A stretch of DNA of 64,000 bases from Octopus vulgaris (Eukaryota): contig OX597814.1 in the NCBI GenBank assembly GCA_951406725.2, positions 32,240,001 to 32,304,000 on the forward strand, written 5' to 3'. The translations under genes and the position numbers were made by a program. Positions within the stretch are counted from its first letter, which is position 1; each line of letters begins with the position of its first letter. The notes under the pieces were generated by a model, which saw only the letters and a list, made by a program, of their open reading frames with translations, had not been told where the DNA came from and searched no databases. This document shows, one piece after another, positions 54,607-64,000 of this stretch.

Positions 54607-55275
54607 AAGGCGGCGAGCTGGCAGAAACGTTAGCACGCCGGGCGAAACGCGTAGCCGTATTTCGTCTGCCGTTACGTTGTTTGTTCAAATTCCGCCGAGG
54701 TCGACTTTGCCTTTCATCCTTTCGGGGTCGATAAATTAGGTACCAGTTGCGTACTGGGGTCGATCTAATCGACTGGCGCCCTCCCCCAAAATTTCGGGCT
54801 TTGAGCCTGGAGTAGAAAAGAATACACGTGTGTCTAAGGTGGCGAGCTGGCAGAAACCTTAGCACGCCGGACGAAAGGCTTCGCAATATTTCGTCTGCCG
54901 CTACGTTCTGAGTTCAAATCCCGCCGAGGTCGACTTTGCCTTTCATCCTTTCGGGGTCGATTAAATAAGTACCAGTTACGCACTGGTGTCGATATAATCG
55001 ACTTAATCTGTTTGTCTGTCCTTGTTTGTCCCCTCTGTGTTTAGCCCCTTGTGGGTAATAAAGAAATAAGAAACGTTAGCATGCAGAGTAAAATGCTTAG
55101 CAGTATTTCGTCTGTCTTTACCTTCTGAGTTCAAATTCCACCGAAGTCAACTTTGCCTTTCATCCTTTCGGAGTCGATAAATTAAGTACCAGTTGCCTAC
55201 TGAAGTCGATTTAATCGACAGCCCCCCACCCCACTCACAAAAAATTTCGAACCTTGTGCCTGAAGTAGAAAAGAT
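54607..55275 (+). mobile_element. Tandem array of three SINE family B copies
   Basis: Repeated aaggcggcgagctggcagaaacgttagcacg head and core. Confidence 0.88.
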
Positions 55276-56025
55276 TACACGTGTGTATGTTGTGTGTGTG
55301 TGTGTGTATGTGTGTGCTTGTGTATGTGTCCACGCGCGGCGTGTGTGTAAGCTGAAATAAAATCTATGGCGGTAAAAGAATAAAAAAATAAGAATGGCAA
55401 TACAATTCTATTTAACAACTTCATATGTTAAAAGGAACTTCATATTTAAAGAATAAAAGTATATCTTATTAAATAAGAAGTCTGAACTGGTCACATGATG
55501 TCAGCATGAGGAACGTTAACTCTTGACGTATTAATTACAAGAAATGAGCCGACTCACCTACTTCATGCACATCGAGCAACAACGATAAAAAGACAATATA
55601 ATAGCAATTTAGAAAAACAATTTATATAAAACATTATACCATAATCTTAAAATCGGTTATATTGCTCAAACTAGATATTTTTGTTTTTGTTATATTTCTT
55701 CTATAGAATAATGCCTATTATTACTATCATAGTTGCTGATGCTGCTACTGCTGTTGTTGTTTTATTTTTTTGCTGCTGTTGCTGCTGTTTTTGCCGTTAA
55801 TGTTATAAATTGAATTCTTAATATTTTAATTCTTCAATTAATAATAATTAACAACTAATTATTCATTTCAAAATTGATTATTATGTTTAGATTTGTTGTC
55901 ATGAGTTTAACTGCATATGGTAATTATCTAATCTCCCTCCACATAAATAAACTGTTCTAGATATACTTGTATACGTAGACACATAAAGCAATAGAGAAGT
56001 GTATATAAAGAAGCAAATACACAGA

Positions 56026-56300
56026 GGGGCATTCCTTCGATATAACTCGACAAAATCAAAACATTTCACTTCGGGTATTTCCGTGGGTTGTGGAGTATAG
56101 ATTTAACGAAATTATGCCAGCAATGTCTCGTTTTAAACGTGAAGAAAAAAAGCCTTGCATATTTGTTTTTACCTTTTTCATGTGTGTATGTAAAATCCGC
56201 AAATTTCCAAACAGAAAACAGAATCGAACTGTCATTTGCTTCCACGGAAATACCCGAAGTGAATGTTTCGATTTTGTCGAGTTATATCGAAAGAATGCCT
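56026..56300. mobile_element. MITE with ~58-bp TIRs
   Basis: ggcattccttcgatataactcgacaaaatc...tatttccgtgg / ccacggaaatacccgaagtg...gttatatcgaaagaatgcc; possible TSD acaga. Confidence 0.8.
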
Positions 56301-56426
56301 ACAGACACTTTGACATATATATATATGAACACCTAAATAATTAGAAATATTAGTTGTCATATACAAAGCTTATCTTGAAAGTAAAGAAATGTATGCATAA
56401 CTTCATTAACAGATATTACACATTTA

Positions 56427-56827
56427 TCTTTATATATAAAACTAAAGTTTTGTGTCTGTCTCCTACGATTTAGATTCCTAACTACTCCCACATTTTGCGG
56501 TGCAGTTTAACCAAAACCGGGTATCTTATAGTCGTGATTCATATCGAGCCCTTCTGGGTATTAGCACGCGTCAACGATGAGTCTACGATTAAAAAAAAAA
56601 TTACCATCATTTTTTTCCATTTTAATGCATTTTTTCCGCTATTATATAAGGGAAGTAACTCTCTAAAAATGTCTACGATGAGTCAACGATTTAAAAAAAA
56701 ATTTACCATCATTTTTTTCCCATTTTTAATGCATTTTTTTTTTGCTATTTTTTAGCTATAACTCTCTAAAAATGCTTATATAGTTATTTCCCTTACAAAC
56801 CCGAGCAACGCCGGGCGATACTGCTAG
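56427..56827 (+). mobile_element. Non-autonomous Helitron
   Basis: A|TCTTTATATATAAAA 5' end; 3' hairpin cccgagcaacgccggg then CTAG|T; internal direct repeat. Confidence 0.85.
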
Positions 56828-56843
56828 TAGTATATAAATGCGT

Positions 56844-57247
56844 AAGAGGCAGTAATTTTGATGTTTTGTCAGATTTGGACTTTCAGAGTTATTACCTCCG
56901 CCTTCTACCTCCACCTTAGAGAAAGCAGAGTATTGTTTTTCAGTCGCGTTTGTTTGCCTGTTTGTCAGTGGACAACATATCTCAAGAACCGCTGGATGGA
57001 TTCGGATGAAACTCGGCCTCGTGACTGACACGAACTGAGTAGATTTTGGGATCTATCCGATACCGGGGAAGGCTTCTGGATTATTTGCTATATTTACATG
57101 AATATGATCTTACGTTAACTTTCTCAGTTATCTCTCTTTAGGCTGCAACTCTTTTGAGTGGTGAATTTGGCTTGTATTAAATAAGGATAAGCTCTATTAC
57201 TGTTACTAAATTTTCTACAGGCACCTTCACATTCTATGAGTACCAAT
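56844..57247 (-). repeat. Inverted copy of 54124-54541 (HINE part plus flank)
   Basis: Reverse-complement alignment over ~400 bp. Confidence 0.88.
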
Positions 57248-57299
57248 GAGATCGTTGAAATCACACATTTATAGTATACTCGTTCCTCTACGCAAAGAC

Positions 57300-58440
57300 A
57301 CTATTGAACAAGGTCTCCATCTCCAGCAGTGCATTTGCGTCATCGTTGACCACGACTCACGTATTTTAAAAATAATTCTGATGTGCTCCGTTGTACCTAT
57401 GTATTCACAGTTATCTTCACTTCGTCTCTGTTATAACTGGAAGAAACTGATGAAATCAGAGTGTTCCAGACACAAGTTTTATAGTAGATCGGAGAAAACT
57501 GAGCAGCGGCCAAGCTTGCTGATTGCCTGATTCATTGTCAAATATTTTTCTGTGGTAAAACATAGTTGTATTGAATGTGGAAAGTTTCACCCTTTGTCAT
57601 CATCTCTGGAAAAAATATGCCTTCATTGTCTTCAAACGCTTCCAGCAAATTTACTTAACCTTCAACAAATTTGACATCAACAGCCGAGGCGCAGGAGTGG
57701 CTGTGTGGTAAGTAGCTTGCTAACCAACCACATGGTTCCGGGTTCAGTCCCACTGCGTGGCATCTTGGGCAAGTGTTTTCTGCTATAGCCCCGGGCCGAC
57801 CAATGCCTTGAGTGGATTTGGTAGACGGAAACTGAAAGAATCCTGTCGTATATATGTGTATATATATATATGTATGTGTGTGTGTTTGTGCGTCTGTGTT
57901 TGTTCCCCTAGCATTGCTTGACAACCGATGCTGGTGTGTTTACGTCCCCGTCACTTTGCGGTTCGGCAAAAAGAGACCGATAGAATAAGTACTGAGCTTA
58001 CAAAAAGAATAAGTCCCGGGGTCGAGTTGCTCGACTAAAGGCGGTGCTCCAGCATGGCCGCAGTCAAATGACTGAAACAAGTAAAAGAGTAAAAGAGTAA
58101 AGAGTACCCTCTTTGCATACACATTTTCTACCATCTTCTCTAATGTAATGAGACCTCACTGCAGTTTAGCAGCACGCTCACGGACTGAGACTCGTCTGAC
58201 CACATAAATTAATTAATCTACTCGGAGGGGTTTCGTATCTGTGGTTGTAGTCGATTATCTCCCACTGCTTCGTTTGTTTTCAAACACTTCGTCAGCTTTC
58301 TATGAACATTGCTCTTATCAATGCTGACATCAGCGTAAACAATTTCAAGCCTTCTGTTGATGTAGTAAAACCAGCAAAAGATCTGTGTAGGTTAAAGCAA
58401 GAGTTATGCTCATTTTCACATTACTTCCGGCAAATCCGCA
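57300..58440 (-). pseudogene. Highly degraded mariner-like transposase interrupted by a SINE
   Basis: RRLEIVYADVSIDKSNVHR (HTH-like) and LLEAFEDNEGIFFPEMMTKGET (TGDET-like). Confidence 0.45.
57688..58105 (+). mobile_element. SINE family A, full length
   Basis: Canonical head and (gtaaaaga)n tail. Confidence 0.9.
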
Positions 58441-58472
58441 TATATACATGTGTACATACATATATATATATA

Positions 58473-58723
58473 TTGGATTGGTGCATAATTATTGCGGGGT
58501 TTTTTTTTTTTCAACAAATTTTATTCATCAAAAACAATAACAACATGCAACAAGAACATCTTTCAATGATTATACCGGAGAATATTCACCATCTACTGCA
58601 ATGAATGCTTCCCATTTGCTTGGCAGACGGTCAGACCGTCATTTAAAGATGTTTTTGTCAAATATTGCTTTTGTTGAATAAAATTTGTTGAAAAAAAGCC
58701 GCAATAATTATGCACCAACCCAA
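58473..58723. mobile_element. Mariner-derived MITE with TA TSD
   Basis: TA|ttggattggtgcataattattgcgg ... ccgcaataattatgcaccaacccaa|TA. Confidence 0.88.
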
Positions 58724-59014
58724 TACATATATGGAAAGACATACTACAGACTTCCGCTATATCAGTTTCCGTTTTGTATCCACTGTACTGGTTTTACAGC
58801 GAATATAAATCGTAAATTAAACGTAAAAGAAAAAGGGATTTGGAATCGGAGCAGTTATCTTCTTAGTACTTTGATATAATTCAGATCTGGTTAACCGCAT
58901 CAAATGATAAGGAACATACCGAATTGTTAAAGATAAGCAATTAAGTGATACATTTATTTGTTTTTCTTTTGATTCCTTTTAAAGCTATCCATTTAACGTG
59001 TAGGGTAACATAAA

Positions 59015-59576
59015 GGAGTACTCCGTCTGTTACTACTACGAGGGTCCCATTTGATACGATCAACAGAAGAGCTTGCTCATGAAATTAACGTGTAAGTGGC
59101 TGAGCACTCCACAAACACATGTACCCTTAACGTAATTCTCGGAGAGATTCAGCGTGACACAGTGTGTGACAAGACTATCCCTTTGAAATACACATACTAC
59201 TCATGTTTGCCAGTTGAGTGAACTGGAGCAATGTGAAATAAAGTCTCTTGCTCACGGACACAACGCGTCACCGGGAATTGAACTCACGGCCTTACGATCA
59301 TGAGCCGAAAGTCCCTAACCTATTTCTTTATTACCCACAAGGGGCTAAACACAGAGGGGACAAACAAGGACAGACATAGGTATTAAGTCGATTACATCGA
59401 CCCCAGTGCGTAACTGGTACTTAATTTATCGACCCCGAAAGGATGAAAGGCAAAGTCGACCTCGGCGGAATTTGAACTCAGAACGTAACGCAGACGAAAT
59501 ACCGCTAAGCATTTCGCCCGGCGTGCTAACGTTTCTGCCAGCTCGCCGCCCTAACCACTAAGCTACGCGCCTTCAC
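59015..59576 (-). mobile_element. Family C-type SINE with a family B SINE (59321-59550) nested in its tRNA head
   Basis: Host head split at ccctaacc, which is duplicated at 59313-59320 and 59549-59556. Confidence 0.85.
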
Positions 59577-60122
59577 GTGGGGTAACATAGTGTCCTGAAG
59601 ACGTGTGGTCAAAAGCGTGAATGCATCCTAACCTGATTAAAGTTGTTTTTTTGTCACTAAGCGTATAAAATAGTCTGTTCTCTTCATATATAAAAGGATC
59701 ATTCAAAGTTAAAATGACATCAGAATGATAGTAATATATTATTTCAACGCAAACCCTACTGTTATGTAGCCTGAGGTCTTATGATGCCACGTCTACAGTA
59801 TACTTAAACAAGGACTACCTAATAGTTCGTTTTACCAACCTGGATTAGTAAAACCTCGAAGAAAATGCACAGGAATGTGTACCTTGCACGACTATCAACT
59901 AAATGAACATCAATGCTACAAATAGTAACAGGTTGGAGTGAGAATAATGCTGTACTCTTTTACTTGTTTCAGTCATTTTGACTGCGGCCATTCTGGAGCA
60001 TCGCCTAATACTTAATCTATCAGTTTCTTTTGCCGAATCGTTAGGTTACGAGGATGTAAACACACCAACGCCGGTTCTGAAACTGTGATGTGGAGTCAAA
60101 CACTGACACAAAGACACACACA

Positions 60123-60189
<67 letters not shown>

Positions 60190-60193
<4 letters not shown>

Positions 60194-60420
60194 CTTTACT
60201 GCCCACAAGGGGCTAAACATAGAGGGGACAAACAAGGACAGACAAACGTATTAGGTCGATTATATCGACCCCAGTGCGTAACTGGTACTTAATTTATCGA
60301 CCCCGAAAGAATGAAAGGCAAAGTCGATCTTGGCGGAATTTGAGCTCAGAACGCAACGGCAGGCGAAATACCGCTAAGCATTTCGCCCGGCGTGCTAACG
60401 GTTCTGCCAGCTTAACGCCC
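60190..60420 (-). mobile_element. SINE family B between TA tracts
   Basis: Homologous to 59321-59550. Confidence 0.85.
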
Positions 60421-60423
60421 TCC

Positions 60424-60526
<103 letters not shown>

Positions 60527-61149
60527 GCATATATATATACATACATACGTGTGTGTATAATTCTGTGTATGTGCATGGACGGTCTAAAAGTCCTACGGAA
60601 AGATAAATTAATAAGCAGAAATATGAAAATGTGTTGACTGGACTGAGAGAGGTCATACGAGCAAACGAACTGGCGAAGTTATGCGCATACAGATATTAAA
60701 CTTAGATAAACCAAGAGAACACAAAGGAAAATATGTACATGGACGGAGAAATAAGTGGATAAATTAATAGAGAAACTTATATGCTAATGCAAATAGATGA
60801 GCAGGTAGATATAAAGCGACACGAACTAGGCTTCAGTGATGGATTATAACCGAGTCAGCAGAAAATAAAAATATTTAAAAACATCAATATTATATCTTTC
60901 CCACTTTCGTTTGCATGTGCGTTTCCATCTTCATATATATGTCTGCGTTCATTTGCTATCCCTGTTGTTGTGTATATATATATGTGTATATGTATGAACA
61001 TATGTACGTAGGTATGCGCATGTGTATATTGGTCTATATATATATATGTGTGTGTGTGTGTGCGTGTGTTGTGTATGTATGAAAACTTGTATGTATATAT
61101 AGAGAGACAGACAGATAGATACATATATATATATAGATAGGTAGGTAGG

Positions 61150-61200
<51 letters not shown>

Positions 61201-61219
61201 ATAGAGATAGGTAGGTAGG

Positions 61220-61269
<50 letters not shown>

Positions 61270-61283
61270 TGTAGATAGATATG

Positions 61284-61359
<76 letters not shown>

Positions 61360-61592
61360 TAATTATTTTCAGTTTTCATTTCCTTTGAAGTTCATCCCTA
61401 ATAGTGGTTTGGATTTTGGCTGTTCCTTCTAGCTTGCCAGGAATCCTATGACGGATACCTTTTATGTGCTTAAATGTACACTGTATCTAGATCTATAGAT
61501 AGATAGAGAGAGAGTGATTGGGGGAGAGAGAGGGGGGGAAAGAGAGAGAGATTTTGCTATGCTTTTATGAGCTGGTATGTATGCCATTTCTT

Positions 61593-61673
<81 letters not shown>

Positions 61674-62359
61674 AGTAAAGAAATGTATGAAAAATAAACA
61701 AACGACATAACGTAAACTGAGTGTACAACCGGACAGGAGTCAAACACAGAAGGTCCCTAATTCTTCATCAATTATCAACCAATTGGTCATACTCAGTTTC
61801 ATACCATTTATGATAAAACTGAATGCCCCCTATATTGGCGGTGTCCGCAAAAATATTCTAGCGGAATATTTATATGTGTATGTGTGTGTGTTTGTGTATT
61901 ATATTATATAGATTATAGAAGTTATCCGTGAACTTCCGAATAGACGCGTAATCTCTATGTACTCAGGCATACGCACGTATTCACATGCAAAAAATTAACA
62001 GTTGTGTTTTAATTTCTTTTACAAACGGAAGGGATTTAAGTAAGGCATTCAATTCATTTTGTAGAGCATGTATTAATTTATTTAATGAGAAATGACTTCT
62101 TATGAAATTACTTTTATTTTTGGTGGTGGGGTTGCATCCGTAGAGAAATTATATTTTCCCAGAATGATGGAGAGAATTTCTGCAAGTGCTCAATGAGCCT
62201 CCTCTGTTGGTATTTGTATAGCCAACGCTGAATGGTTGGAGAGAGATAATATGCTGCAGAAACATTTGATCTCTCTAATCAAATCATCGGAACAAGTTGT
62301 TCAACAAGAAGTTGTAGTGCCCTCATCTGTTTTCTCTCACAGGAGAGTTCACAATATAT

Positions 62360-63104
62360 GAGCTTACGATCGTGAGGTTGTGAGCTCGAATCCCGGACCG
62401 GGCTGCGTGTTGCGTTCTTGAGCAAAACACTTTATTTCACGTTGCTCCAGTTCACTCAGCTGTAGAAATGAGTTGCGACGTCACAGGTGCCAAGCTGTAT
62501 CGGACCTTGCCTTTCCCTTGGACAACATCGGTGACGTGGAGAGGGGCGGCCGGTATGCATGGGCGACTGCTGGTCTTCCATAAAAAAAAACAACCTTGCC
62601 CAGACTTGTGCCTCAGAGGGTAACTCTCTAGGTGCAAACCCATGGTCAGTGTCTGACCGAAGGGGGTCACCATATATATATATATATATATGAGTGGCTG
62701 TTGGGTAAGTAGATTGCTTACGAAACATATGGTTCCGGGATTCAGTACCACTGCGTGGCACCTTGGGCAAGTGTCTTCTACTATAGCCTCGGGCCGACCA
62801 AAGCCTTGTGTGTGGATTTGGTAGACGGAAATTGAAAGAAGCCCGTCGTATATATGTCTATATATATGGTGGTGGTGGGGGGTTATATGTTTCTGTGTAT
62901 GTGTTTGTCCCCCCAACATCACTTGACAACCAATGCTGGTGTGTTTCCGTCCGCATAACTTAGAGGTTCGGCAAAAATCCGATAGAATAAATACTAGGCT
63001 TACAAAGAATAAGTCCTGGGGTCGATTTGGTCGACTTAAGCCGGTGCTGCAGCATGGTCACAATCAAATGACTGAAACAAGTAAAAGCATAAAAGAGTAA
63101 AAGA

Positions 63105-63105
<1 letters not shown>
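62360..63105 (+). mobile_element. C-related SINE (62360-62670) followed by SINE family A (62692-63105)
   Basis: B-box-like gagctcgaatcc; family A body and tail. Confidence 0.8.
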
Positions 63106-63136
<31 letters not shown>

Positions 63137-64000
63137 GAGCATACCCACACAATGTTTTAATTAACATAGTTGACATTGTCCTCAGACATCGGCCCTTTAG
63201 ATATTTTGTTATCTATGTCAACCGTAAAATGGGTGATATTCTAATCCATACTACATCTATCCTACGTCACTTGCTCGATTCCGATTTTATTACAAAACAT
63301 CTTTTTATCCAGAAAGAGAACACACCATACACGGAATTACCACCTCCTTCTATATAGCCGCTGTAGTGCAAGGACCTTATTTACAGCACAAGTTGCTAAC
63401 ATTATGATTTAAAGTATATCGGAATATCAGTGGATATTTAGCAGATCGTTTTAGAGATCAACGTTTAGACTTTCAATGAAACTACGTTATAAGAAACCGC
63501 CATGTAACCTGTAATTTCATTTCTTCTAGTCGTAGTTATGACAATCAAGTCTTCTACACTATTCGTTTTACACCATGGATTTCCTGCATCTCCCCTTTTG
63601 TGTGGAGTAACAATTTGTTAATAAACTCGTCCCCTTTCGCTAATAACAATATTTTCTCCTTAACACTCGTCACACTGATTATCATAGTCCTTGCACTTCA
63701 ATCTCCTCTCTTTCACATACACACACACATATGCACATACATACACATATACACACACATACACATATACACACACATACACACACTTACACGCACACAC
63801 ACACACACACCATCACACACCATAGTACCTTTCCATGGTACATAACACTTATTTGTTCAGCTCGTACAGCAAATCACATCATCGCTGTCTCTTTCAGCTT
63901 TCCAAAATTCTACACACATTCTCACTACATGCCCATTCATGCAACCCCACACGCTTACCCAGACAGATAAATGTATAATATACATATTTCTTATTTCTAA

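Overview
Eukaryotic, AT-rich, microsatellite-saturated, largely non-genic DNA. The tRNA-derived SINE families and dense (TA)n/(TG)n/(TAGA)n tracts look like an octopus (coleoid cephalopod) genome; this is an inference. No host gene is established. The only long real ORFs belong to two different Penelope-like retroelements (PLEs). PLE1 is an uninterrupted minus-strand RT ORF (1735 to the left edge) that the ORF track misses. PLE2 is a 5'-truncated RT+GIY-YIG element (17237-20500) with an inverted pseudo-LTR, inserted in a (TA)n tract. The main signal is a set of nine minimal type-I hammerhead-ribozyme-like motifs with several non-canonical cores. They sit in the PLE pseudo-LTRs and in short non-coding modules, mostly beside (TA)n tracts. 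PLE2 also has an extra ~72 aa between RT motifs A and B', where telomerase carries its insertion-in-fingers domain. Local duplications preserve empty copies of its insertion site. The rest is three SINE families, R4/Dong-like RLE-LINE debris, mariner remnants and MITEs, Helitrons/HINE, fold-back elements, a young 2.2-kb tandem duplication with a templated junction, and a triplet-derived higher-order repeat.
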